From positions 331,816 through 395,815 of the forward strand of contig CAWEHW010000004.1 in NCBI GenBank assembly GCA_963809045.1: 64,000 nt of DNA, read 5' to 3'. The position numbers and the translations under genes were made by a program. The notes beneath the pieces were generated by a model. The model did no database searches and had not been told where the DNA came from. It saw only the letters and a list, made by a program, of their open reading frames with translations. Shown piece by piece: positions 40,551-50,948 of the stretch; within the stretch, counting starts at the first letter, position 1; each line of letters opens with the position of its first letter. Origin of the DNA: an uncultured Chloroflexia bacterium. Its GTDB lineage: Bacteria > Chloroflexota > Limnocylindria > Limnocylindrales > CSP1-4.

Positions 40551-40967
40551 ATGGACGACCTGTACCGCGACTACATCCTCGAGCACTACCGGCGGCCCCA
40601 TAACTTCGGGGTCGTCGAGGATGCCGATGCCTCGTACGAGGGCGCCAACCCGCTGTGTGGCGACCGGATCACCCTGATGGTCGGCGTAAAGGACGGCATC
40701 GTCGATCGCGTCGGGTTCACCGGGCGTGGCTGTGCGATCAGCCAGGCGAGTGCGTCGCTCCTGACCGACGAGATCAAGGGCAAGCCCATCGGCGAGGTCA
40801 GCGCCTTCCGTGCGGACGACCTGCTCGATCTCCTCGGCATCGAGATCAGCCCGGCGCGCCTCAAGTGCGCGATGCTCAGCCACGACAGCCTGCAGCACGT
40901 CCTGGCCGACCTCGGCGTGGCCGATCCGACGAACAAGACCCCAAGCCCTGCGGAGGCCGGCGCGTGA
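40551..40967 (+). CDS. sufU: SufU/IscU-type sulfur acceptor
   Basis: ILEHYRRPHNFG, NPLCGD, GCAISQASAS and RLKCA. Confidence 0.93.
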   Translation: MDDLYRDYILEHYRRPHNFGVVEDADASYEGANPLCGDRITLMVGVKDGIVDRVGFTGRGCAISQASASLLTDEIKGKPIGEVSAFRADDLLDLLGIEISPARLKCAMLSHDSLQHVLADLGVADPTNKTPSPAEAGA

Positions 40968-41121
40968 GCCCGATCCTCTCCGCCGCCCGGATTGAGCGCC
41001 GCTGCAGGTGTCGTCGGCCGGCCTGAGCCGGCGCGTCGTGCGGATCCGTCCGCAACACCCCTTCACCGCCCTGGCGCCATCAAGGCGGCCAGCCTGTCGA
41101 ACCACCGGAGCCCCTACGCCC

Positions 41122-42348
41122 ATGCCAAAGTCCTACGCCGACCTCCTCCGCGAGGCTCGCGCGCAAATCAAGGAAGTCACGCCACAGGAGGTCGATGCCC
41201 TGCCCCAGGGTGCCGCGACGATCGTCGATGTCCGCGAAGCCTCCGAATGGGACCAGGGCCACCTGCCGGGCGCCCATCATGTCTCGAAGAGCTACGTCGA
41301 GCAGCAGATCGAAGCCGTCGCTCCCGACCGTGACGCACCGGTGATCCTCTACTGCGCCGGCGGTGTGCGGTCCCTGTTCGCCGGACAGACGCTGGCCGAG
41401 ATGGGTTATACGAACGTGGCCTCGATGTCGGGCGGGTTCCAGGCCTGGAAGAGCGCCGGGCTCGGGTTCGAGACGCCCGTCACCCTGAGCCAGGAACAGA
41501 AGCTCCGCTACAGCCGCCACCTGCTGATCCCCGAAGTCGGCGCCGCAGGCCAGGCCAGGCTCCTCGGGTCGAAGGCGCTGCTGATCGGTGCGGGCGGGCT
41601 GGGCTCGCCGGCCTCGCTCTACCTGGCGGCCGCCGGGGTCGGCACGATCGGGATCGTCGACTTCGACGTCGTCGACGTCAGCAACCTCCAGCGCCAGATC
41701 CTCCATACGACCGATCGGGTGGGGGAGCGCAAGACCGAATCCGCGCGGCGCTCGATCAACGCGCTCAACCCGGAGATCAACGTGGTCGCGCACGAGGAGA
41801 TGCTCGTCGCCGGGAACGTCGAGCGAATCATCAAGGGCTACGACGTCATCCTCGACGGCACCGACACGTTCGAGACCCGGTACATCCTCAATGACGCCGC
41901 CGTTGCCGCGGGCATCCCGGTGATCCACGCGAGCGTCTTCCGGTTCGAGGGCCAGCTGACCACCTTCATCCCCTACGAGGGACCGTGCTATCGCTGCCTC
42001 TACCCGACCCCGCCACCACCAGAGCTCGCTCCGGGCTGCTCGGTGGCCGGCGTGCTGGGCGTCGTGCCCGGGATCCTCGGCCTCCTCCAGGCGAACGAAG
42101 CCCTGAAAGTGCTCCTCGGGATCGGCCAGACGCTGGCCGGCCGGCTGTTGCTGTTCGATGCCCTCGAGACCGAGTTCACCGAGCTGAAGCTCCGCCGGGA
42201 TCCGAACTGCCCTGTTTGCTCGACCGAGGCCGTCGCTGCACGCGCCGAAGGGCGCGCGCTGGACCTCGCAAACATCGGTGAGGACGCACCCTTCCTGATG
42301 ACCATGACTGGCGCAGCCGGAAAGGTCTCGCCGGAGGCGCGGGCGTGA
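41122..42348 (+). CDS. moeB: Rhodanese-MoeB sulfur-carrier adenylyltransferase (MoeZ-like)
   Basis: N-terminal rhodanese DVRE..CAGGVRS; RYSRHL, GAGGLG, SNLQRQ, CYRC and CPVC. Confidence 0.93.
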   Translation: MPKSYADLLREARAQIKEVTPQEVDALPQGAATIVDVREASEWDQGHLPGAHHVSKSYVEQQIEAVAPDRDAPVILYCAGGVRSLFAGQTLAEMGYTNVASMSGGFQAWKSAGLGFETPVTLSQEQKLRYSRHLLIPEVGAAGQARLLGSKALLIGAGGLGSPASLYLAAAGVGTIGIVDFDVVDVSNLQRQILHTTDRVGERKTESARRSINALNPEINVVAHEEMLVAGNVERIIKGYDVILDGTDTFETRYILNDAAVAAGIPVIHASVFRFEGQLTTFIPYEGPCYRCLYPTPPPPELAPGCSVAGVLGVVPGILGLLQANEALKVLLGIGQTLAGRLLLFDALETEFTELKLRRDPNCPVCSTEAVAARAEGRALDLANIGEDAPFLMTMTGAAGKVSPEARA

Positions 42349-42617
42349 GCACGGTGTTCATCCCCGCGGTGCTTCGATCGGCGGTGGGCGGCGTCAAGTC
42401 GCTCGAGCTCGAAGGCGACTCGATCCGGGGGGTCGTCGACGCGCTCGTCGCCCGGCATCCGTCGCTCGGGTCGCAGCTCCTGACCGACCAGGGCGACCTC
42501 AACCGGTTCGTCAACGTGTACGTCAACGGGCAGGACGTCCGCTATCTCGCGGGTCTCGACACGCCGGTAGCGCCCGCCGATGAGGTCAGGCTTTTGCCGG
42601 CGATGGCCGGAGGCTGA
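42345..42617 (+). CDS. cysO: Ubiquitin-like sulfur carrier (CysO/MoaD/ThiS)
   Basis: FVNVYVNGQDVR and C-terminal AGG; located between moeB and cysM. Confidence 0.88.
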   Translation: MSTVFIPAVLRSAVGGVKSLELEGDSIRGVVDALVARHPSLGSQLLTDQGDLNRFVNVYVNGQDVRYLAGLDTPVAPADEVRLLPAMAGG

Positions 42618-42622
42618 GGCCC

Positions 42623-43663
42623 ATGTCCGTGCCAGCCCTGCGAGCCATCGAGCCCGACGACGGCGGCGCGGAGCCGCATCCACATCCGCATCTCCACGAT
42701 CACGACGACGCACCCAGGCACGGCGGGCGGTTCGAGAACATCCTCGATGCGATCGGGTACACGCCGCTGGTCGAGATCCCGCGGATGTCGCCGAACCCGC
42801 GCGTGCGCATCTTCGCCAAGCTCGAGATGCTCAACCCCACGGGTTCCGTCAAGGATCGGGTCGCCAAGTACCTGATCGAGGACCTCGAGCAACGCGGTCT
42901 GCTCCACGACGACTCGATCATCCTCGAGCCGACGTCGGGCAACACCGGCATCGCGCTGGCCATGATCGGCCGGCGCAAGGGCTACCGCGTCGCCCTGGTC
43001 ATGCCGGACAACGTGACCAATGAACGGCGACAGATGGCGGCACTGTTCGGCGCCGAGGTGATCGACTCACCCGGCGCGCTGGGCAGCAACGGCGCGATCG
43101 CACTCGCCAAGCACCTCGTCGCGAAGGACGCGCGGTTCGTGATGCCGTACCAGTACGGCAACCAGGCAAACCCGCAGGCGCATTACGAGACGACCGGGCC
43201 CGAGATCCTCGCCGACTGCCCGGAGATCGACGTGTTCGTTGCCGGTCTGGGGACGGCGGGGACGCTGATGGGCGTGTCGCGCTACTTGCGCGAGCACAAG
43301 CCGGGCGTGCGCGTGGTCGCCGCCGAGCCCATGCCCGGAGAGCTGGTCCAGGGACTGCGGTCGCTGGACGAGGGGTTCATCCCGGAGGTCCTCGACCCGT
43401 CGCTGATCGACTCGAAGCTCCTGGTCTCGAACCGCGACGCCATCGCGGCCTTGCGCGACCTGGTGTTCCGTGAGGGGATCTTCGGAGGCCCGTCGTGCGG
43501 CGCGGTGCTCGTGGCCGCCGCGCGGGTCGCCCAGGAGATGGATCGCGGCACGATCGTGGCGCTCCTCCCCGACGGCGGCTGGAAGTACCTGTCGGCCGGC
43601 ACGTTCTCGACCAATCTCGACGAGATGGAAGAGGCGCTCGAGGGTGGCGTCAACTGGTGGTGA
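42623..43663 (+). CDS. cysM: PLP cysteine synthase, CysO-dependent CysM type
   Basis: NPTGSVKDR, EPTSGNTG, GLGTAGT and DGGWKYLS; His-rich N-terminus. Confidence 0.9.
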   Translation: MSVPALRAIEPDDGGAEPHPHPHLHDHDDAPRHGGRFENILDAIGYTPLVEIPRMSPNPRVRIFAKLEMLNPTGSVKDRVAKYLIEDLEQRGLLHDDSIILEPTSGNTGIALAMIGRRKGYRVALVMPDNVTNERRQMAALFGAEVIDSPGALGSNGAIALAKHLVAKDARFVMPYQYGNQANPQAHYETTGPEILADCPEIDVFVAGLGTAGTLMGVSRYLREHKPGVRVVAAEPMPGELVQGLRSLDEGFIPEVLDPSLIDSKLLVSNRDAIAALRDLVFREGIFGGPSCGAVLVAAARVAQEMDRGTIVALLPDGGWKYLSAGTFSTNLDEMEEALEGGVNWW

Positions 43664-43789
43664 TGCTCTGGCTGCGGAGCTCGCCCTGCTGGTGCCCAGT
43701 TGGCGGATGGTGACTTCAGCTGCTGGTGAGTCCGTGCCGCAGCCGTGTCCCGTGCATCCCCAACGCCCAACCCCGGCGGGCTCCCACCC

Positions 43790-44254
43790 GTGAGCGCCTC
43801 CGAGCCAAACCACCAGGGCGCGGGGACCGTCGATCTCCCGCCTGCCATCCGAGCTCAGATCATCGCTCTCGCTCGGGCGGAATACCCCAACGAGATGTGC
43901 GCCCTGATCGTCGGTGACCGGGCGGCAGCGGACGGTGGGCGCGCCACGCGGTTCGAGCCCACCCGGAACAAGGCCGCGTCGCCATACCGATATGAGATCG
44001 ACCCCGAGGATCTGCTTCGGCTGACGATCGCCACCGACGACGCCGACGAAGTGTTCTGGGCGATCGTCCATTCCCATACGCACAGCCCGGCCGTGCCGTC
44101 GCCGACGGATGTCGGCCTCGCGTTCTACCCCGACGCGCTGTACATCCTGGTGTCCCTGTCGGACACGGAGGCCGACCCGGCGACCGGTGATCCGGGTGTT
44201 CGCGCCTGGCGGATCGTCGATGGGCAGGTGTCCGAGGTGGCTGTTTCGTCCTGA
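43790..44254 (+). CDS. mec: JAB/M67 metallopeptidase (CysO-Cys peptidase)
   Basis: YPNEMC and HSHT...PS.TD. Confidence 0.9.
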   Translation: MSASEPNHQGAGTVDLPPAIRAQIIALARAEYPNEMCALIVGDRAAADGGRATRFEPTRNKAASPYRYEIDPEDLLRLTIATDDADEVFWAIVHSHTHSPAVPSPTDVGLAFYPDALYILVSLSDTEADPATGDPGVRAWRIVDGQVSEVAVSS

Positions 44255-44318
44255 TCGGGCCCGCCCGGCTGGCCGTGCTACGGACGGCGGGGCCGAGCCA
44301 TGGGACGGCGCGCGAGAC

Positions 44319-45882
44319 CTACGGACAGATCAGGCCGTCCTCGGGGATGGTCAGCTCCAGGAGATAGGCATCGATGGCCTCCTGGACGCACACGCTCTCG
44401 CTGTAGCCGGTGTGGCCTTCGCGCCTCGTTGGTCACGAGGACGCCGGACTCGAGCTGCTTCGCGAGCGCCTGCGACCAGTGATAGGGCGTCGCCGGGTCC
44501 CCGGTCGTGCCGACCACCACGATCGGTGGCGCGCCGGCTGCCTTGACCGCGTGGGGCATGCCCTGCGCGGGAACCGCCCAGAAGGCGCAGATCAGGTCGT
44601 TGTAGGCGACGAACTCGCCAAAGCGCGGCGCCGAATCCTCGAGACCGTCCGCCCAGCCCGTGAACGCCGTGGGATCGGTCGGTGCGGGGAAATCGAGGCA
44701 AATGTTCGCGACGTACGCATCCTGCAGGTTCGAGTAGGAACCGTTCGCCTTTCGGCCGCGGAACGGGTCCGAGATCGCCAGCATCAGCGAGCCGTCGCCC
44801 TGGCTGGCCTGCGCGAGCGCCGTGGCGAGGATCGGCCAGAAGGACTCCGAGTAGAGGGCAGCGAGCACGGCACTCCATGCGAGGCCTGGGCCGATCAGCC
44901 TCGGGTCGCTGAGGCGGAGGGCTCGGATCGGCTTGCGGTCAATCGCCGCCATGAGCGCATCGAACGCCTCCGCGGACTCGCCGCCCTCGTAGAACGGGCA
45001 TGTTGCCCTGGACGAGCAGTCGTCGAGGAAGCGGCTGAGGGCACCCTCGAATGCCTTCGCCTGGTCGGTCCGCAGGGTTTCGAGGTCGATCGACGGGTCG
45101 ATGGCGCCGTCCAGCGCCAGCGCCCTGATTCGGTCGGGGAAGAGCTCCGCATAGCGCGACCCGATGAGCGTCCCGTAGCTGAATCCAAGGTAGGTGAGCT
45201 CGTCGTCGCCGACCGCCGAGCGGAGCAGGTCGAGATCGCGCGCCACCGCATCGGTCGACAGGTACGCCAGCGTGCTGTCGTTCCGCCGAGCGCAGGCTTC
45301 CGCGTACGCCCGGGCCGCGTCGACCAGCTCGGTGAATTCCGCCTCGTCGTCGGGGTTCGGGTCGAGCGCCGCATGGCCGTCGAGGTTGTCGATGCAGCGG
45401 ATCGCGGTGCTGGTGTTCACGCCCCGCGGATCGAACCCGATGATGTCGAACCGTTCGCGCAGGCCGTCCGAAAGGCTCGAGACGCCGTTACGCACGAAGT
45501 CGACTCCGGACGCTCCGGGGCCGCCCGGATTGACCAGCAGCGAACCGATCCGCTCGCCCGGTACCGTTGCCGCCGACCGGATCAGCGAGATGTTCAGGTA
45601 TCCATCGGACGGCGCGGCGTAGTCGCGTGGCACCCGGACCTCGGCGCAGCTGAACCCGGAGCCACAGTCCGTCCAGCGGGCCGGACGTACGGATGGCTCG
45701 GGGATGGGCGTCGGCGTGGCGTCGATCGTGGGCCGCGGGGTGCTCGCGACGGGTGGCACTGTGGCGTCGGCCGTCGTTCCAGCCGGCGTGGCCGATGGAT
45801 CCGGGGCGGCACATGCCCCCAGGAGCACGGCGACCAGCGCCAAGGTCAAGCCTCGGAACAGGCGATCGCTGGTCCCCCACAT
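44319..45882 (-). CDS. TAP-like alpha/beta hydrolase lipoprotein (frameshift near 44430)
   Basis: Lipobox LGAC; NPGGPG, FDPRG, GFSYG and DPATP; catalytic GHT in a shifted frame. Confidence 0.9.
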
Positions 45883-45946
45883 GAGCGGCAGGATACCCGG
45901 GGCTCGTCGCCGGTCCGTATGACCCGATGGGACCATCCTCGCCCGG

Positions 45947-46760
45947 CTACGTGCCGGCAGCCGCAAGCGCTTCCACGAGCGACGCCTCGGTCGGCGTAGC
46001 GCCCAGCCCGAGGCGGGCGCCAACCCTGGCCGCCAGCGGCGGCTCGAGGTACGTCGACGCGAGGGTCGGCCAGGCGTCCTCGGCGAAGACCTCGGCAGGA
46101 CTGCCGTCGAGCACCACGCGCCCGGCGCCCATCACCACGACGCGCCGGAACGTCTCCGCGACGAATCGCATGTCGTGGCTGATGGCGATCACGGTGCGGC
46201 CCGCCGCGGCGATCGATTCGATGACGCCCTGGATCCGGGCGACGCCTCGTGCGTCCTGGCCGGTCGTTGGTTCATCGAGCACCACGACGGGCGTGTCCAT
46301 CGCCAACACCGATGCGAGCGTCAGCAGCTTGCGCCGCGAGAACCCGAGGTCGTACGGGTTCGCGTCGGCAAACGCCTCGAGCCCGACGGCGGCGAGAGCC
46401 GCGGTTGCAGCCTCGGCCACCACGGTCGATGCACGCCCGAGGATCCGCGGACCGAATTCCACTTCCGCGCGGACCCTACCGGCAAAGACCTGGCGGTCGG
46501 GGTTCTGGAACACGATGCCCACCGTTGCGGCCAACGACGCGACGCGCATCGCCGCGATGTCGACGCCGTCGTGGAGGACCCGTCCCTCGGATGGCCGGAG
46601 GAGACCGTCCAGCTGCCGGACCAGCGTCGACTTGCCGCTCCCGTTCTGGCCGACGATCGCGACGACCTCGCCGGTGGACACGCTCAGATCGACCTCCGAG
46701 AGGGCTCGTGTCCCATCCGGGTAGACGAAGCCGACCGCCCTCGAGCGCCAGGCGCGTCAC
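45947..46760 (-). CDS. ECF transporter ATPase A' (frameshift near 46735)
   Basis: GQNGSGKST, VFQNPDRQ and DEPTTGQD; GTG overlaps the upstream stop. Confidence 0.88.
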
Positions 46761-47560
46761 CGGGTGGCCCCGACCAGGCTCGGATCCAGGCCGCGAGCCG
46801 CGAACATCCGCCCGAGCCGGATGCGCGACGGTGGCTCCACGCCCCATTCCCCGAGGCGGGCGTCGGCGAGCACGTCGTCCGAAGCCCCGTCGAGGGCGAT
46901 CCGTCCACCGTCGAGGACGAGCACGCGGCTGCACAACCCGTCCAGCAGGTCGGTCTTGTGCTCGACGATGAGCATCGCCGTTCCGGTCGACGCGAGCCCA
47001 CGCAGGGCCTCGCCGACCAGGCGAGTCCCTTCCGGGTCGAGCTGCGCCGTGGGTTCGTCCAGGACAAGGTGGCCCGGTCGCATCGCCAGGAGCGACGCGA
47101 TGACCACCAGCTGAGCCTGTCCGCCGGACAACCGCCGTGGCTCCCGTTCGGAGAGGTGTTCGATCCCCAGCATCGACAGTGCCGCGTTCGTACGCTCCAC
47201 CGTCTCGCGCGCCGGCAGACCGAGGTTCATCGGGCCGAGCGCGACCTCCTCGAACACGGAGCCGGTCACGCCCGAGAGCTGGGTGGCAGGGTTCTGGAAC
47301 CCGATCCCGACGCGTGTCGAGAACTCGTGGAGTGGCTTGCCGGCCATGTTCGTGTCGTCGATCGCCAGCGTACCCGTGAGGGCCCCGCCGATTGAACCCG
47401 GCGCGAGCCCCGACGCAACCAGGCAGAGCGTCGACTTGCCCGACTCGTTGGCTCCGACCACGCCCACGATCTCGCCGTCGGCGAGCGTGAGATCCACGTC
47501 GGCGAGGACCGGCGTCGCGTACCCCGCGTAGCGGTAGCCGACGCCAGACAGCTCGAGCAT
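46757..47560 (-). CDS. ECF transporter ATPase A
   Basis: GANESGKST, FQNPATQ, LSGGQ and DEPTAQLD. Confidence 0.9.
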   Translation of the reverse strand: MLELSGVGYRYAGYATPVLADVDLTLADGEIVGVVGANESGKSTLCLVASGLAPGSIGGALTGTLAIDDTNMAGKPLHEFSTRVGIGFQNPATQLSGVTGSVFEEVALGPMNLGLPARETVERTNAALSMLGIEHLSEREPRRLSGGQAQLVVIASLLAMRPGHLVLDEPTAQLDPEGTRLVGEALRGLASTGTAMLIVEHKTDLLDGLCSRVLVLDGGRIALDGASDDVLADARLGEWGVEPPSRIRLGRMFAARGLDPSLVGATR

Positions 47561-47562
47561 CG

Positions 47563-48372
47563 TCAGATTCGGCCGGTGAGTCGTGCGGCGGCGATCGCCA
47601 CGAGCAAGGCGAGCAGGCCCCAGCGGAGCCAGCGCTGGGCGGGCGAATCGGCCATCGCCCAGAGCAGGTTCCGACGCCCGGGCCGGCTGAAGGCGCGGGA
47701 CTCGAGGGCGAGGCTGCGCTCCTCGACGTCGGTCAGGGCGCTGATGATCACGGGTCCAACGAGGGGCAGGATCCCGCGAAGCCGGGCCCGGAAGCTCCCT
47801 TCGGTGTCGAGACCACGCGCCCGCTGGCTCTCCCCGATGATCGCGGCACGCTCCACCAGGGCCGGTACGGCTTCGATGGTTGCCACGGCGACGAACGCGA
47901 TCCGCGGCGACACGCCCCGCCGCTCCAGATCGAACACGAACGCGCGCGGATCCGTGGTCAGCACGAACAGCCCGATCGACAGCGAGATGGCCACCAGGCG
48001 GACCAGGGTCTGGGCCGCAAAGTCGACGCCCTCGACGGTCGCATCAAACGGCCCGATGACGAAGAGCACGGTCGTGCCGGCCCGGGTGAAGACGCTGACC
48101 AGGACCACCGAGATGGCGATCGGCAGGGTCAGGAGCAGGGAGACCCGGGTCAGCTGACCGAGCACACCGGCACGCGCAGCCAGGAGGACCATGATGACGT
48201 CGACCGCGATCGGTCCGGCATACCCACCCGCCGCGAACGCGCCGATCGAGCCGACGGTTGCGATGATCGCCTTGGTCAGCGGGTTGAGCCGGTGATACGG
48301 GCTCGGGGTCGGCGGCACGAGCCGCCGGATTCGTTCGAGGTCAGCCGGCTCGAGATCGTCGGCGAGGATCAC
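47563..48372 (-). CDS. ECF transporter T component
   Basis: HRLNPLTK, QRARG and ESRAF motifs. Confidence 0.9.
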   Translation of the reverse strand: MILADDLEPADLERIRRLVPPTPSPYHRLNPLTKAIIATVGSIGAFAAGGYAGPIAVDVIMVLLAARAGVLGQLTRVSLLLTLPIAISVVLVSVFTRAGTTVLFVIGPFDATVEGVDFAAQTLVRLVAISLSIGLFVLTTDPRAFVFDLERRGVSPRIAFVAVATIEAVPALVERAAIIGESQRARGLDTEGSFRARLRGILPLVGPVIISALTDVEERSLALESRAFSRPGRRNLLWAMADSPAQRWLRWGLLALLVAIAAARLTGRI

Positions 48373-48392
48373 CCCCGCCGACGGGGACAGCG

Positions 48393-49238
48393 CTACGCCT
48401 GCTCCAGGCCGACTGCCTTCTCGCCTTGCGGGAAGCGTGCCACGAACCGCCGGGACAACGTCTGGAGGATCAAGAACGCGACGAGGAAGGTGATCGTCTT
48501 GTCAATCGGGTCGGACAGCAGGCCCTGCTGGGTCACCGCGGTGATCAGGTCGGAGCCGGCCTGCTGGAACGCCGCGACCAGCAGATCCGTGCCGGACCCC
48601 GTCACGCCACCGAACACGTAGGCGGCGATCGGTGCGGAGATGAGCGCCGACACCACCCCGCAGATGGCCCCTCCGGCAATGACATAGGCGACGCCCGCAT
48701 CGCGACGGATGAACAACAGTCCGAGGAAGCCCAGGATGGCGCCGATCACGACGATCGCGACCACCCAGCCGAGGATCTGGAACAGGATGCTCTGATCGCC
48801 CTCGGGGTTGAAGAACTCGAAGGCTGCCGTGTAGTAGCGAGTGACCGTGTAGAACGCCAGGGCGCCGATGATCACGAGGGCGATGAGGGCCGCCTGGACG
48901 AGCTGCGGGCCGGAGGAGTTCGGGCGGCTCCGGAACCAGCCGATCTGGGCGACGATGCCGGAGAAGAACCCGATCCACGCCGCGACGATGAAGAATGGAC
49001 CGGCGAAGTCACTGTGGAACGGCGCCGGCAGGACGTACTGCCAGATGAGGTTCGTCAGGACGCCGGTGACGAGGCCGGGGATCGGCCCCGCGAGCACGCC
49101 GACGAGGACGGTACCGATCGAGTCGAGGTAGATCGGCACCTTGAGGACGGCCGCCACCGTCTGGCCGAGCACGATGTTGATGGCGATGGCGATCGGGATC
49201 AGCACGATCGTCCGGGTGTCGAACCGGCCCCAACTCAT
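48393..49238 (-). CDS. ECF transporter S component with a central insertion
   Basis: IPIAIAIN, PIYLDSIGT..GP..G, FGGVTGSG and DPIDK; RBS AGGAGG. Confidence 0.85.
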   Translation of the reverse strand: MSWGRFDTRTIVLIPIAIAINIVLGQTVAAVLKVPIYLDSIGTVLVGVLAGPIPGLVTGVLTNLIWQYVLPAPFHSDFAGPFFIVAAWIGFFSGIVAQIGWFRSRPNSSGPQLVQAALIALVIIGALAFYTVTRYYTAAFEFFNPEGDQSILFQILGWVVAIVVIGAILGFLGLLFIRRDAGVAYVIAGGAICGVVSALISAPIAAYVFGGVTGSGTDLLVAAFQQAGSDLITAVTQQGLLSDPIDKTITFLVAFLILQTLSRRFVARFPQGEKAVGLEQA

Positions 49239-49290
49239 CTGACGCCTCCTGTCATCCGGCCGGCGAATGCCGGCCGCTCCCTCTCCACGC

Positions 49291-50368
49291 TTAGCCTGAC
49301 ACGTCCGGGTGGTCCGCCGCCAGCCCTCCGATCCGTTCGACAAGGCGGTTCATGAACTCCGGAATGTCGGCGGTGACGACGACGTCGAGGTTTGGCGGCT
49401 TGCCGGTCAGCTTCCGCCGATCGGCGACGGTCATCCCGGTCGTCAGCTCGCCCCGCGTCTCGACATCGACGAAGATCGGCTCCGTGGTGACGAGACTGCG
49501 ATCCAGCGCGGCCGCGACCGCCAGCGGATCATGGATGAAGGCGCCGTAGAAGCCGTCGTACTGGGCATGGAACTCCATGTAGAAGCGGAGGGCGTCGGCG
49601 ACGTAGCGCACGATCGGGTTGCCGGCCACGGACCGCGTGGCGAGCATCGGGATCCTCGCCGCGGCCAAGCGCGATCGAGTCGTCCGGCGTGCTCCCCGCC
49701 CGCCGCGCGAGGCGGACGACGTCGTCGGGCAGGACGCGCGCCTGTTCGGTGATGTCCAGGCCCAGCGCCATCGGTCGCGGGATCGATGGATCCGCCGCGA
49801 TGGCTGCGCTCCACGCGCGGAAGACGATGGCGGCGGCTTCCGGATCGCAATGGACGTTCCATTCGGTGGTCGGCGTCGTGTTGCCGGACACGCCATACGC
49901 GCCACCCATCAGCACGTAGCCCTTGAGCAACCGCGGGAGCGTCGGGTCACGCATCACGGCCAGGGCAAGGTTCGTGAGCGGTCCCAGGGTGATCAGGGTG
50001 ATCTCGCCCGGCCGGTGGTGGGCTTCCTCGAGGATCAGGTCCACGCCGTGGCGATCGGACATCGCCCGGCTCGGCGGTGGCAGCTCCGCGTGCCCGAGAC
50101 CCTGCGGGCCGTGGGTCTCAGGCGTCGTCTCCAGGGCACGGATGAGGGGGATCTCGCGCCCGAGCGCGACCTCCACGTCAGTCCGTCCCGCCAGCTCGAG
50201 GATCGCCCGCGTGTTGATCGCGACCTGCCGGGCATCGATGTTGCCCGAGACGCAGGTAACGGCCACCAGCTCGACGGCGGGCGAACCCGCCGCGTACAGG
50301 AGCGCGAGACTGTCGTCGATGCCCGTGTCGACGTCGAGGATGACGGCGGTAGGGTCGGTCATGGCCAT
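49291..50368 (-). CDS. Inosine/uridine-preferring nucleoside hydrolase (frameshift near 49655)
   Basis: DVDTGIDD, HG..GLG, LGPLTNLA, MGG, EWNVHCDPEAA and IHDPLAVA. Confidence 0.92.
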
Positions 50369-50375
50369 CGGGATG

Positions 50376-50906
50376 CTACCGGAGTGCCTCAAGGATTCGT
50401 TCGACGGCCACGCGGGGTCGGATGGCGTCGACGTCGATGACGACCGGGTCGAGCGACGCGAACAACGGGTCGCGGCGCGCCGCCTGCTCGGTCAGGAACT
50501 GGATCGGCGAATCACCGAACTCGGGGCGGTGCTTGTCGGAGGACGCGAACCGGCGCGCCAGCACCTCGGGTGAGGCGCGCAGCCAGACGACGGCCACATC
50601 CGATGCCGTCAGGGCGTCGCGGCATTCGGGGACGTCAACGGTACTGGCGGCCGCGCTGATCACGTTGGGCTTTGGGTCAGCGAGGGCGTCGCGCAGGTGC
50701 TCGGCCTCGAGCCGGTGCATCGCATCGACCCCGTCACGTTCGCCCAGTTGCCGGACGGTCAGCCCCGTCGTGGCTTCGATATCGCGGTCGGAGTCACGCC
50801 ACGGCCGATGCAGGTGCCCGGCCAGCCGGCGACCCACCTCGGTCTTGCCGGCGCCCATCAACCCGACCACGACGATGTGCCGCGGCATCTCCGGCTGGTC
50901 TCCCAC
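50376..50906 (-). CDS. Shikimate/gluconate-kinase-like P-loop kinase
   Basis: GLMGAGKT, DSD..IE, VWLRAS and HRP. Confidence 0.82.
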   Translation of the reverse strand: MGDQPEMPRHIVVVGLMGAGKTEVGRRLAGHLHRPWRDSDRDIEATTGLTVRQLGERDGVDAMHRLEAEHLRDALADPKPNVISAAASTVDVPECRDALTASDVAVVWLRASPEVLARRFASSDKHRPEFGDSPIQFLTEQAARRDPLFASLDPVVIDVDAIRPRVAVERILEALR

Positions 50907-50948
50907 ACCGACAGCCTAGCGGCCGGCCGTGCCGCCTACACTTTGCGC

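Noticed and set aside
40968-41121. SAM or other sulfur riboswitch between sufU and moeB
   Set aside because: No SAM-I/IV consensus elements recognised by eye; an Infernal/Rfam scan would settle it
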